In this document: in pieces, positions 9,008 through 18,805 of the stretch
Layout: the number at the start of each line of letters is the position of its first letter
Position numbering within the stretch: the first letter of the stretch is position 1
DNA from: Candidatus Buchananbacteria bacterium
GTDB taxonomy: Bacteria > Patescibacteriota > Patescibacteriia > Buchananbacterales > UBA6539
Length of the DNA stretch: 64,000 bases
Direction of reading: 5' to 3'
Assembly (NCBI GenBank): GCA_013359225.1
Contig: JABWCG010000001.1
Coordinates: 360,021-424,020 of the forward strand
Notes under the pieces: generated by a model
The model's database searches: none
What the model was told of the DNA's origin: nothing
Seen by the model: only the letters and a program-made list of their open reading frames with translations
Position numbers and translations under genes: made by a program

Positions 9008-10447
9008 ATGTCAAACGCCAGTTTAACCAAGAACACTACGTACTATACCATTGCCTTAACTATCCAGAAAATTCTGGCTTTTGTTTATTTTTGGCTTATT
9101 TCAAATGCTTTATTCGCTGAACAGTTAGGCCAATATGTCTTTGCCCTGTCTTTTACCACCTTGTTTTCAATTTTCATTGACCTTGGCCTATCGCCAATCT
9201 TAACTCGAGAAGCCTCAAAGGATAAGCAGTCAGCCAATCAATATCTCCAAAATGTCTTAGGTATTAAGCTGCCGCTAACAATCATCACCCTAGCCGCAGC
9301 ATGGCTTGTCATCAATATTTCAAACAAACCAGACGACGTCCGACTTTTGGTCTACCTGGCCAGTTTCATTATGACGCTTGACTCGTTCTCTTTGAGTTTT
9401 TGGGTTATCTTTCGTGCCCGCCAGGTCTTAAAATATGAAAGCCTCACAACCGTTGCCGTACAAATAATTATCTTTACTCTTGGCGTCATTGCCCTTAAAA
9501 CCTCCGGCCAAGTCAAAGATTTAATTATTGCCTTACTGGTTGCCAGTATTTTTAACTTTTTAGTTTCTCTAGCATTACTTAAATTCAAACTTAAATTTTC
9601 AATTCGACCACGGTTTGACAAGACTATCGCTATTCACTTTCTTAAAATTGTCCCGGCTTTTGCCATTGCCGGAATTTTTGTCAAAATTTACAACACCTCA
9701 GATTCAGTTTTGCTTAGTTACCTTGACTCAGATGAAGCGGTTGGATTCTTTGCCGTCCCGGCCAAGGTGGTATATGCCTTACAACAAATTATCCCGGCTG
9801 CCTTTGCAGCCGTAATCTTTCCAGCGTTTAGTTATTATCACAAAAACTCTAAACCATTACTTGAAAAAACTTTTACTAAGGCCTTTAACTACCTAACAAT
9901 CATTAGTTTGCCGCTTACTGCCGGATTAATGGCAACCATTCCGGAAGTTACCCAAACAGTTTGGCCGGAATATACTGCCGTGGTTCCGACTTTTTATGTT
10001 ATGACGTTAGCCATTCCTTTTATATTTCTGGCGTTTCCCACTGGTTATTTATTAAACGCCTGCGATCGACAAAAAAACACCACCATCAACCGGGGCATTA
10101 TTACCTTTTTGGCCGTTACTCTTAATCTCATCTTAATTCCCAAGCTCAGTTATTTTGGCGCCGGAGTAACTTTTTTAATTACCAACTTTATTTTACTATT
10201 TCTTGACTTAATTTGGGTAAAACAAACCATCGTTTTGGAAACAAAAAAATTACTAAAGACCATTTTCAAATCATCATTAGCCGCCGCTCTGATGATTATT
10301 TTGGTTATCGCTATCAAATCATATTTTAATCTGCTGGTTATTATTCCGCTGGGTGCGCTGACATACTTTGGCGTACTACTGATGCTAAGGGGGATACAAA
10401 TCAAAGAACTAAATGAAATTTTTAACAAAGGTTTTCGCAATGGCTAA
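9008..10447 (+). CDS. Wzx-type oligosaccharide flippase
   Basis: Polytopic membrane protein with DLGL...REAS and AVGFF motifs of polysaccharide flippases; start placed at MSNAS. Confidence 0.88.
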   Translation: MSNASLTKNTTYYTIALTIQKILAFVYFWLISNALFAEQLGQYVFALSFTTLFSIFIDLGLSPILTREASKDKQSANQYLQNVLGIKLPLTIITLAAAWLVINISNKPDDVRLLVYLASFIMTLDSFSLSFWVIFRARQVLKYESLTTVAVQIIIFTLGVIALKTSGQVKDLIIALLVASIFNFLVSLALLKFKLKFSIRPRFDKTIAIHFLKIVPAFAIAGIFVKIYNTSDSVLLSYLDSDEAVGFFAVPAKVVYALQQIIPAAFAAVIFPAFSYYHKNSKPLLEKTFTKAFNYLTIISLPLTAGLMATIPEVTQTVWPEYTAVVPTFYVMTLAIPFIFLAFPTGYLLNACDRQKNTTINRGIITFLAVTLNLILIPKLSYFGAGVTFLITNFILLFLDLIWVKQTIVLETKKLLKTIFKSSLAAALMIILVIAIKSYFNLLVIIPLGALTYFGVLLMLRGIQIKELNEIFNKGFRNG

Positions 10448-11630
10448 TGAAATCAAAAAAAGCTTACTAGTAACTTTGGATTTCCCGCCAAACAATGTCG
10501 GCGGCGTTGCTACTTTTTATTATAATGTTTGCAAAAATTTGCCCCCCGATAAAATTGTTGTCTTAGCCCCCGACCATCCAGACGCTAACAACTTTGACCA
10601 GAAGCAACATTTCACCATTATCAGAAAAAAATTGCTAAACCAATTTCCGCAAAAAATGCCAGCCGGGCTCGGAGGGATAATAAAAATCGCCGCGACTGTC
10701 CGTTGGCTTTCACTGATAAAAAATCTTAATGAAATTGTGAAAACCCACCAAATCAAGCTTATTCAAGTCGGTCAAGTATTACCGATCGGAACCTTGGCGT
10801 TGGTGCTCAAAAAAAGACTAAAAATCCCTTATATCTTTTATGCTCACGGTCTTGATATTTTATTGCCGCAAAAATTCATGCGCAAAAAGACAATATTAAA
10901 AAATATTATTAAAGAATCGTCAGGTATTGTCGCCAACAGTCACTTCACCAAAGATGAACTGTTAAAATTAGGAGCTAACAATGGCCAAGTTACCGTCGTT
11001 TATCCGGGAGCAAACATTAAAAATCATCATGTCGCCGACTCCGAAATTGCAGCACTAATCAAAAAACACCAACTGGAAAACAAAAAAATTCTTTTAACGG
11101 TTGGCCGGCTAGTCGAACGAAAAGGGCATGACGTTGTTATTAAATCATTGCCGGCAATCATAAAAAAAATCCCAAATATTACCTATCTTATCGTGGGCGA
11201 CGGTCCACGAAAAACTCAACTGGTCAACTTAGTACATCAGCTTCGACTGGGCCACTATGTCCAGTTTGTTGATCGCGTGGCAAACAGCATCTTGCCCGCT
11301 TACTATCAGCTGGCTGACGTCTTTATCATGCCATCGCGCCGGATCAACGGCTATGACGTTGAAGGCTTTGGCATTGTTTTCATTGAAGCCAATCTGTTTG
11401 GCAAACCGGTCATCGGCGGACGTAGCGGGGGAGTTGGCGAAGCAATTGTTGACGGTCAAACCGGCATACTTGTCAACCCAACAAGTGAAGAAGAAGTAAG
11501 CCGCTCGGTAATAAAATTACTCACCGATCCGGCCCTAGCCGAACGGCTAGGGCTCCAGGGTATGGAACGCGCATTGCGGGATTTTGATTGGCAAACTCAG
11601 ACTAAAAAAATAAAAGATTTATTAAGCTAA
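10440..11630 (+). CDS. Glycosyltransferase family 4
   Basis: TLDFPP..GGV, VGRLVERKGHD, EGFGIVFIEA, GGRSGG. Confidence 0.92.
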   Translation: MANEIKKSLLVTLDFPPNNVGGVATFYYNVCKNLPPDKIVVLAPDHPDANNFDQKQHFTIIRKKLLNQFPQKMPAGLGGIIKIAATVRWLSLIKNLNEIVKTHQIKLIQVGQVLPIGTLALVLKKRLKIPYIFYAHGLDILLPQKFMRKKTILKNIIKESSGIVANSHFTKDELLKLGANNGQVTVVYPGANIKNHHVADSEIAALIKKHQLENKKILLTVGRLVERKGHDVVIKSLPAIIKKIPNITYLIVGDGPRKTQLVNLVHQLRLGHYVQFVDRVANSILPAYYQLADVFIMPSRRINGYDVEGFGIVFIEANLFGKPVIGGRSGGVGEAIVDGQTGILVNPTSEEEVSRSVIKLLTDPALAERLGLQGMERALRDFDWQTQTKKIKDLLS

Positions 11631-11635
11631 ACACT

Positions 11636-12313
11636 ATGGCTGAAATCAGCATTGTTATCCCGGTATATAATGCCCAAAAAACTCTACCAAATTGTCTGAA
11701 AAGTATTTTAAATCAAACATTTAAAAATTTTGAGATTATTGCCGTTAACGATGGTTCAACTGACGGCAGTCTGGCTGAATTAGAACAATATCGGAACAAA
11801 ATAACTATCATTAATCAACAAAATAAAGGTGCGGCTCACGCCCGAAACCAAGGTGCAAAAATTAGCCGTTCACCATTTATCATTTTTTGCGACGCCGATA
11901 TTATTATGTATCCAAAAATGCTTGAAACAATGATTAAAACGCTCAAGGTCAACCAAAACGCTTCGTACGCATATAGCTCATTTAAATTTGGCTTCAAAAA
12001 TTTTAAACTGTTTCCTTTTGACGGCGAAAAATTACGACAAATGCCGTACATCCACACCACGTCGCTTATTCGTCGCGAACATTTTCCCGGCTTTGACGAA
12101 AAACTAAAACGATTCCAGGACTGGGATTTATGGTTAACCATGTACAAACGGGGGTACGTCGGACACTTTATTCCTCAAGTTTTATTTGAGGTTGCTTCCG
12201 GCGGGACAATGAGCTCCTGGCTGCCGAAATTCATATACCGTTTTCCATTCTTAAAAAAGGTTAACGCCTATCAAGCCGCGAAAAAAATAATCCAGAAAAA
12301 ACATAACCTATGA
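11636..12313 (+). CDS. Glycosyltransferase family 2
   Basis: SIVIPVYN, VNDGSTD, DAD, QDWDLW. Confidence 0.92.
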   Translation: MAEISIVIPVYNAQKTLPNCLKSILNQTFKNFEIIAVNDGSTDGSLAELEQYRNKITIINQQNKGAAHARNQGAKISRSPFIIFCDADIIMYPKMLETMIKTLKVNQNASYAYSSFKFGFKNFKLFPFDGEKLRQMPYIHTTSLIRREHFPGFDEKLKRFQDWDLWLTMYKRGYVGHFIPQVLFEVASGGTMSSWLPKFIYRFPFLKKVNAYQAAKKIIQKKHNL

Positions 12314-12795
12314 TTGAAAAAGAAAAGAGCCAAGATCCGGAAAATTTTCAAGTATCATTAAAAATTTTACTTAAAAAAAATAATCAGTACCTACTTTTAA
12401 ATGTTGCTAAAACCGATCGGGTTGCCGGAATGGAAAAATTTGATTTACCCGGAGGACGGATCAATCGAGACGAACTCAACCTTCCTTTTCATCAGCTTGT
12501 TGACCGGGAAGTCAAAGAAGAGTTGGGGCCATTAATCACTTACAAACTAAGGCCAGACCCCGTTTCTCTCGGCCAGGCGATCATACCCGATTTCATTGAA
12601 ATTAAGCCAGGAGAAACCAGAAGCCGATTCTTTGTTCTGTTTGAGGCAGAATATCTTTCGGGAGAAATAGAAATATCGGATGAACATTCAGACTACCAAT
12701 GGACCGACTTGCAGCCAAATCACATTGAACAATTATTTACCCCATTACTATGGGATGTGCTAAAAAATTATTTTGATTGGAACACTAACATATGA
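12310..12795 (+). CDS. NUDIX hydrolase
   Basis: DLPGGRI...REVKEELG Nudix box, ISDEHSDYQW. Confidence 0.85.
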   Translation: MIEKEKSQDPENFQVSLKILLKKNNQYLLLNVAKTDRVAGMEKFDLPGGRINRDELNLPFHQLVDREVKEELGPLITYKLRPDPVSLGQAIIPDFIEIKPGETRSRFFVLFEAEYLSGEIEISDEHSDYQWTDLQPNHIEQLFTPLLWDVLKNYFDWNTNI

Positions 12796-13469
12796 TGAGA
12801 TTACAAAAATTCTTGGCGAGCGCGGGAGTGGCTTCCAGACGGGCCGCCGAAGAATTAATTAGTGAAGGTAAAATTAAAATTAACGGCAAAGTTATTACTA
12901 AATTAGGAACAAGTATTGACGAAAATCTTGATGTTGTAGAATTTCAAAACAAAAAAATCACTCTGCCGCAGGATAAAATTTATATTGCGCTTCATAAGCC
13001 GGTTGGCTACATTTGCAGCACCAGCGACGAACAGGGCGAAACCGTACTTAGCTTAGTTAAATCAAAACAACGAATTTTTCCGGTCGGTCGACTCGATAAA
13101 GATTCCAGCGGTTTAATCATCCTAACCAACGACGGTGAATTTGCAAATCGCCTTACCCATCCGCGCTACGGCAGTGAAAAAGAATATTTTGTCACCCTCG
13201 ACCGAGATCTAAAGGAAGAAGACGTTAAGAAAATCCAGCGGGGAATGGTAATTGACGGCAAACGCTTACGTTCAGTTAAAGTTAACGATATTCGTAATAA
13301 AAGTGCCAAATTTATCCTACAGGAAGGCATTAACCGGCAAATCAGACGGATGCTTGGAAAACTTGGATATACTGTTATAAAATTAAAAAGAGTCAGGATC
13401 GGCAATTTGGAGCTGGGGGATTTAAAAATCGGCCAAAGTAAAAATATCCACAAAGAAGATGTCGGCTAA
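12792..13469 (+). CDS. rluB: rRNA pseudouridine synthase, RluB/RsuA family
   Basis: S4 domain MRLQKFLASAGVASRR; catalytic PVGRLDKDSSGL. Confidence 0.88.
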   Translation: MMRLQKFLASAGVASRRAAEELISEGKIKINGKVITKLGTSIDENLDVVEFQNKKITLPQDKIYIALHKPVGYICSTSDEQGETVLSLVKSKQRIFPVGRLDKDSSGLIILTNDGEFANRLTHPRYGSEKEYFVTLDRDLKEEDVKKIQRGMVIDGKRLRSVKVNDIRNKSAKFILQEGINRQIRRMLGKLGYTVIKLKRVRIGNLELGDLKIGQSKNIHKEDVG

Positions 13470-13481
13470 AAAAGTACCATT

Positions 13482-14264
13482 ATGAACAACCCGGAATTAT
13501 CAATCATTATTGTCAGCTGGAACGTTAAAGATTTGCTCAAGAAATGTCTCCAGTCAATTGAAAAATACCGAAACAAGCTGGCGGTTGAAATTATTGTTGT
13601 TGATAACGCCTCCAAAGACGGGACTGTTGAAATGCTCAAAACAGAATTTCCGGATGTTCGACTGATAACTAACAGTAATAATCTCGGTTTTGCCGCCGCC
13701 AATAACCAAGGCATCTTGCGTAGCCAAGGAGATTATATCTTATTGCTGAATCCCGATACTGAAGTCATTAAAGACACACTCAACAAAATGCTTAATTTTA
13801 TAAAAATCAGACCACAGATTGGCATTCTGGGTTGCAAGCATCTCAACCCTGACTGGACGCTCCAGCCGTCAGTCAGGCGTTTTCCGGCATTCTGGGCAAT
13901 ATTTTTTATTCTGACTAAATTGTACAAAATTTTTCCAAACATTCCTCCAATCTACTACTATTTTGCCGAGGACTTTAATTATAAAATTTCCCAACCAATT
14001 GATCAGGTTGCGGGCTCATGCATGATGATTCGTCGGCAGACCATTGAAGAAATCGGTTTGCTTGATGAGAGATTTTTTATCTGGTTTGAAGAAGTTGATC
14101 TCTGCAAACGCTCTAAAGATGCCGGCTGGGAAGTCTGGTACACACCAGACGCTGAACTGATTCATTACGGCGGACAAAGTTTTCGCCAGGTCGGAACCTG
14201 GAAAAAACAAAAAATATTCTTTCAAAGCGCCATTTATTACTTCCGCAAACACGGTCTACGCTAA
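13482..14264 (+). CDS. Glycosyltransferase family 2 (WbbL-like)
   Basis: SIIIVSWN, VDNASKD, GFAAANN, LNPD, FEEVDLC. Confidence 0.92.
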   Translation: MNNPELSIIIVSWNVKDLLKKCLQSIEKYRNKLAVEIIVVDNASKDGTVEMLKTEFPDVRLITNSNNLGFAAANNQGILRSQGDYILLLNPDTEVIKDTLNKMLNFIKIRPQIGILGCKHLNPDWTLQPSVRRFPAFWAIFFILTKLYKIFPNIPPIYYYFAEDFNYKISQPIDQVAGSCMMIRRQTIEEIGLLDERFFIWFEEVDLCKRSKDAGWEVWYTPDAELIHYGGQSFRQVGTWKKQKIFFQSAIYYFRKHGLR

Positions 14265-14269
14265 CAACC

Positions 14270-14298
14270 AAAAACGCCCCGCAGATGGGGCGTTTTTT
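14270..14298 (+). terminator. Intrinsic terminator
   Basis: AAAAACGCCCC-loop-GGGGCGTTTTTT. Confidence 0.8.
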
Positions 14299-14326
14299 GA
14301 CAATATCAACAAAAAGAGGATAAAAT
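14297..14326 (+). promoter_or_regulatory. Sigma-70 promoter for the intergenic RNA
   Basis: TTGACA (14297-14302), 18 bp, TAAAAT (14321-14326). Confidence 0.6.
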
Positions 14327-14535
14327 CAAACTGTAACTTTACCCCGTGAGTTACCCTAACCGACGATCAGGCCGATCGTCAACCAGCCAAGGAGGGTAGG
14401 CTCATGCGTCCGACAACTTGTTGGGCATGTACGGGAAGGAGGTGATCCGATCTAATCCCCAGGAAAGGAGGTGAACATCGGTTCACATTGCAGTTTGTAC
14501 GGGCTCCTGTGTCACTTGACGCAGGGCCCATTTTT
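14327..14535 (+). ncRNA. Putative structured ncRNA with multiple extended Shine-Dalgarno motifs
   Basis: GC-rich island with nested helices, its own promoter and a terminator (14501-14535); AAGGAGGTGATCC at 14436-14448 and GAAAGGAGGTGA at 14463-14474. Confidence 0.6.
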
Positions 14536-14578
14536 ATTTGTCTTTTTAAGCCTGCTGGGCTAGAATAAAATTGCCAAT

Positions 14579-16555
14579 ATGAACGAAAATCTTTTTGAAA
14601 AAACTTTTATTGTTATCGTCGGTTTACTGTTAGCTACCGAAATAATGTCATTTCTTGGCCAACTATACCAACCACTCAACCTGGTTGGATTTTTTATCAT
14701 TATCATCGCCGCGGCCGTTGTTAGCTTCAAAAAATTGGAATATGGAATTTATCTCATACTCGCCGAACTCTGTATTGGCGGCAAGGGTTACCTTTTTAGT
14801 TTCGGCCTGAACAGCAGCGCCATATCCATTCGCATGGCGTTATTCCTGATATTATTTTCAGTCTGGACTGCCATAAAAATAAAAAATAAAAAAATTGGGT
14901 TTACCCTTAACAAAAAATTTCTCATACCATATAGCCTGCTGGCCCTAACTATCTGCTACGGCATCATAAACGGTTTTTTGCATAACCAAACCAGCAGTGT
15001 TATTTTTGATTTCAACGCCTGGATATTTTTTGCGTTACTTTTCATTTTTATCGACGCTCTCAACAGGCCCGATACCACCAGGGGTGCCATCAGAATTATT
15101 TTTGCCGCCACCAGCCTGCTGGCCGTAAAAACGATACTGACACTAGTGTTTTTTTCACACGGCTTAACGGAACTTGGCGACCCGTTCTATAAATGGATTC
15201 GCGACACCGGCGTAGGGGAGATTACCTATATTTCCGGAACATTATTTAGAGTCTTTTTTCAATCACAGCTCTACGTTTTAATCGGCCTGTTCATTGCATT
15301 AACGCTGGTGCTGCAAAAGAAAATCAGTCGGTCAAAAGAAGACATTCTTTTACTAATCTATATTTACCTAATGTCACTAACTTTAATTATCAGCCAATCG
15401 CGCAGTTTTTGGATAGGAGCAGCGTCAGCAATCATAGTTCTAATCGGATACCTTTGGTGGCGGTCGGAAAAGTCGTTTAAAAAAATTACTATTTTGATTA
15501 TCGCCATCATCGCCACTGTTGCGTCACAGATACTATTAATTCAAGTCCTGACCAACAATTTTTCCAGTAATCCGATTTCCGATCGTTTTAGGCACCTGTC
15601 AACCGATGCGGCCGGCAACAGCCGCCTCAACCAACTTGAACCTCTTTTATACAATATTTCTCAGCAATCCATTGTTGGTTATGGTTTCGGTAAGGAATTA
15701 ACCTATCAAAGTACTGACCCGCGGATTGTCGCATCAAATCCGGGCGGCATCTACACCACCTATGCCTTTGAGTGGGGATACTTAGACACTGTCTTAAAAC
15801 TAGGAATTTTAGGATTACTTGTCTATTTCTTTTTAGTCTATACCATTATCGTTTCTGGTCTCAAAAACCCGAGTCCAACGAATATTGGTTTATTAACGGG
15901 TTTAGTTGCCGTGCTTGCCACTAATATTTTTTCGCCTTATCTTAACCATCCGCTCGGTATTGGCTACTTATTATTATTATCAGCAATCTTTAATCAGGTC
16001 TCAATGCTGGAAAAAATCAAACAGTTTGTCCATCAATCATTTGCCCAAAGCCATTACCAAAAACAAAATACCCATTTCAAAAGAACTGAATATTGGTTTA
16101 AAAAATTAAATCCCAACTATGACGAAGCTGGCCAGATTGCTGCCTATGCTCATGATATCGAAAGGGCCTTTCGGAATAAAAACAGCGAAGAGACTTTTAA
16201 AAACATTGCTTTTAACAACCCTGAGTTTCTTAAACATCATGCCGAAACAGGAGCGGGTATTATCAGTAAATTTTTGGAAGGAAAATATGAGCCAACCGCC
16301 ATCACCAAAATTAACGAACTGATCAGACTTCACGAAATTGGTGGTACACCTGAAGCCGACCTACTGAAAGATGCTGATAGCATCAGCTATTTGGAGAATA
16401 ACGCGGCGCTTCACCTAAAGATGATTAATAAACTGGGCAAAGAAAAAGTTAAAGGAAAGATTGATTGGATGTACCAGCGCATCACTTCTAAAAAAGCCCG
16501 GGAAATTGCCCGGCCGCAGTATGAAAAAATTATCAAAATTTTAGAAAAAATCTAG
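14579..16555 (+). CDS. O-antigen ligase/polymerase-like membrane protein fused to a C-terminal HD-like domain
   Basis: SQSRSFW and GYGFG motifs of the WaaL/Wzy_C family; from Met476 (nt 16004) a soluble domain with H...HD...HH...H...DAD metal ligands. Confidence 0.75.
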   Translation: MNENLFEKTFIVIVGLLLATEIMSFLGQLYQPLNLVGFFIIIIAAAVVSFKKLEYGIYLILAELCIGGKGYLFSFGLNSSAISIRMALFLILFSVWTAIKIKNKKIGFTLNKKFLIPYSLLALTICYGIINGFLHNQTSSVIFDFNAWIFFALLFIFIDALNRPDTTRGAIRIIFAATSLLAVKTILTLVFFSHGLTELGDPFYKWIRDTGVGEITYISGTLFRVFFQSQLYVLIGLFIALTLVLQKKISRSKEDILLLIYIYLMSLTLIISQSRSFWIGAASAIIVLIGYLWWRSEKSFKKITILIIAIIATVASQILLIQVLTNNFSSNPISDRFRHLSTDAAGNSRLNQLEPLLYNISQQSIVGYGFGKELTYQSTDPRIVASNPGGIYTTYAFEWGYLDTVLKLGILGLLVYFFLVYTIIVSGLKNPSPTNIGLLTGLVAVLATNIFSPYLNHPLGIGYLLLLSAIFNQVSMLEKIKQFVHQSFAQSHYQKQNTHFKRTEYWFKKLNPNYDEAGQIAAYAHDIERAFRNKNSEETFKNIAFNNPEFLKHHAETGAGIISKFLEGKYEPTAITKINELIRLHEIGGTPEADLLKDADSISYLENNAALHLKMINKLGKEKVKGKIDWMYQRITSKKAREIARPQYEKIIKILEKI

Positions 16556-17493
16556 CCCAACCTCTTACCAACAATTTCGGGATACCCTTTCAAAAACTCC
16601 GGAGCCAAAACGCCTTTTTTCCCCTCCAGTTGAACCGTTATTAGAGTAATAGCCCCGTTGTCACATTTAACCGCGAGTTTCTTTTTAGGCGTTAAAAAAA
16701 CAGTGCCATTAGACAAATCTTTGCTTAAATCACCCTCTAAAACGCTTAAATTTAAGATTTTAAGGCGTTTATTATCAAAATAGGTAAATACCCCCGGCCA
16801 AGGAGTAAAAGCCCGAAATTGGTTAAATATTTCAAGGGGAGTCTTGTTCCAGTCAACCAGCCCATCTTCGCGCCGAATTAAGCTGGTATAGGTTGCCTGG
16901 GAATCGTCTTGATCAATCAGCTCGGCTTTCCCGGCCAAATAATTTGGCAAAACCGAAACCAGCAGCTCACCGCCAAGCTGTGCCAATGCGTCATGAAGTT
17001 TGGCGGCGTTTCTAGAACCGATGTCAAATGTCTGACGGCCAATAATCGGTCCGGCGTCAACCCTCTGAGTTAGTTTAATAATTGTCACTCCTGTTTGCAG
17101 ATCACCATGCAACAGTGCAGCCTGAATCGGCGAGGATCCACGATATTTTGGCAATAAAGAAGGATGAATATTCAAAAAACCATATGCTGGCTTTTTTAAA
17201 ATTTCATCGGGAATAATCATACCGTAAGCAACAACTACTGCTACTTGGCAACTTTCTTTCGCAAAAATCTGTGCAAGTTCTTTTTTATTCTTTGGCTGGA
17301 TAACCCTGATGCCATATTTTTCTGCCACTACCTTAACCGGCGAGCTGGATAACTTCTGATGGCGGCCGAGAGGCTGATCTGGCTGAGTGATAACCAGCTT
17401 CGGCTTAAAATCGTTTTCAACCAATGCCTTAAGAGCCGGCAAAGCAAATTCCGGCGTCCCTAAAAAAATAAGATCTGGCTTCTTAGTATTCAT
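16552..17493 (-). CDS. fmt: Methionyl-tRNA formyltransferase
   Basis: FLGTPEFA, VVAYG, NIHPSLLPKYRGSSP, PWPG; start placed at MNTKK. Confidence 0.96.
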   Translation of the reverse strand: MNTKKPDLIFLGTPEFALPALKALVENDFKPKLVITQPDQPLGRHQKLSSSPVKVVAEKYGIRVIQPKNKKELAQIFAKESCQVAVVVAYGMIIPDEILKKPAYGFLNIHPSLLPKYRGSSPIQAALLHGDLQTGVTIIKLTQRVDAGPIIGRQTFDIGSRNAAKLHDALAQLGGELLVSVLPNYLAGKAELIDQDDSQATYTSLIRREDGLVDWNKTPLEIFNQFRAFTPWPGVFTYFDNKRLKILNLSVLEGDLSKDLSNGTVFLTPKKKLAVKCDNGAITLITVQLEGKKGVLAPEFLKGYPEIVGKRLG

Positions 17494-18001
17494 AGTCACC
17501 AAGTGGCAACGATTTCAGACGATCTAACTCTTTTTGTCCCTGAGTAATATCGTTAGTCTTGTCAATAAATAAAACACCATCAAGATGGTCAATCTCATGC
17601 TGGATCACCCGGGCGAAATAGCCAACGGCCTCAAACTTTACTTTTTTGCCATCCTTATTGAAAGCGATCAATTTTATTGTTTGCGGGCGCTTTACCATTC
17701 CAAAGATATTCGGCAAACTTAGGCAGCCTTCTTCCAAAATTTCTTTTTTCCAGCTTTTGCGTAAAATTTTTGGATTAACTAAAGCGATCGTACCGTCCTG
17801 AGTACTAATAACAATTATTCGCAAGCTTTGGCCAACCTGCGGTGCAGCTAAGCCAATGCCGTCACGGGCTTTCATTGTTGCTTCCATATTCAAAATAAGC
17901 TGCTTAATCTCCTGAGATTGCAGCTCTTCGGTTTTCAATTCCCGCGCCTTTTGGCGTAAAACCGGGCAAGGGTAAATTTTTATGGGTAAAACTTTCGCCA
18001 T
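17483..18001 (-). CDS. def: Peptide deformylase
   Basis: GIGLAAPQVG, EGCLS, QHEIDHLDG. Confidence 0.97.
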   Translation of the reverse strand: MAKVLPIKIYPCPVLRQKARELKTEELQSQEIKQLILNMEATMKARDGIGLAAPQVGQSLRIIVISTQDGTIALVNPKILRKSWKKEILEEGCLSLPNIFGMVKRPQTIKLIAFNKDGKKVKFEAVGYFARVIQHEIDHLDGVLFIDKTNDITQGQKELDRLKSLPLGDYEY

Positions 18002-18028
18002 ACTACTATCTAACAGTATAGCACATTA

Positions 18029-18166
18029 TCATATTTTTTTCTCTAAATCAAGTATTTTTTTCTCCAGCGAACTATAGCGGTCCATATCGCTTTGATGATA
18101 GGCCTCAAGTTGCAGTGTTAAATAAAATTTTAATTCTTCGACTACTGAGTCGAAATCCTTCTGCAT
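18029..18166 (-). CDS. Small hypothetical protein (45 aa)
   Basis: MQKDFDSVVEELKFYLTLQLEAYHQSDMDRYSSLEKKILDLEKKI; helical-looking, co-oriented with and upstream of def. Confidence 0.5.
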   Translation of the reverse strand: MQKDFDSVVEELKFYLTLQLEAYHQSDMDRYSSLEKKILDLEKKI

Positions 18167-18393
18167 GATTTTTTGATTTTGATTTATTAATTTTTGTTCA
18201 AGAAATGAAAATCCCCCAAGCAACTGGGAGAAAGTATCAACAGGAAAACTATATTATACAGCTAAGTAATAATGCTGTCAAACCAACAATTTTATTAATT
18301 TTCTGCCATGGTGTGGATAAATTGACTTAAAAAAATAAATCATCTACCCTATAATCTAGCTGGACACAGACATTTACCCGGAGGAAAGCCACC

Positions 18394-18603
18394 ATGGAAT
18401 GGTATCACGAAGCGATCGTTGGATTAGCGGCAGTTTATCTGCTCTATCTTTTCGCCGGAGTTGTCATCTCTGGCTACATTCCGCCGTGTGAATCGGGGAT
18501 TTGGGCATATTGCAAGAACGTTCACCTTATGCCTTTTATCATCACGTTGATCTTTTATTCTGAGTTAACCGAGGAAAAACCCCGCCCCGAAGGCTGGGAT
18601 TAG
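18394..18603 (+). CDS. Small membrane protein (69 aa)
   Basis: Strong SD GGAGGA; two hydrophobic segments. Confidence 0.65.
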   Translation: MEWYHEAIVGLAAVYLLYLFAGVVISGYIPPCESGIWAYCKNVHLMPFIITLIFYSELTEEKPRPEGWD

Positions 18604-18612
18604 GAACAAACC

Positions 18613-18795
18613 ATGCATTGGACTTTAATCATCCTAATCGCGGTAGTCGGCGGACTACTCTTGATTGCCTTGGCAATCAAATTAATCCGGTTTACCGGCG
18701 AAATCCTACTTGAACTACTTCTTGTCTTCACTCAAATTGAGGAAGATGAATTTCCCAACCGACCTGAAACCAGCCTGGACGGCCACGAACTATGA
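18613..18795 (+). CDS. Small membrane protein (60 aa) with acidic tail
   Basis: SD-like AGGA; N-terminal TM; followed by a terminator. Confidence 0.65.
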   Translation: MHWTLIILIAVVGGLLLIALAIKLIRFTGEILLELLLVFTQIEEDEFPNRPETSLDGHEL

Positions 18796-18805
18796 TCTTT
18801 GTCTG

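Noticed and set aside
14332-14364. Third ECF promoter (TGTAACTTT at 14332)
   Set aside because: No CGT-type -10 element at 16-17 bp spacing.
14436-14448. Possible 16S rRNA 3'-end fragment on the - strand (GGATCACCTCCTT)
   Set aside because: The flanks do not continue into 16S helix 45 sequence; the match is limited to 13 nt.
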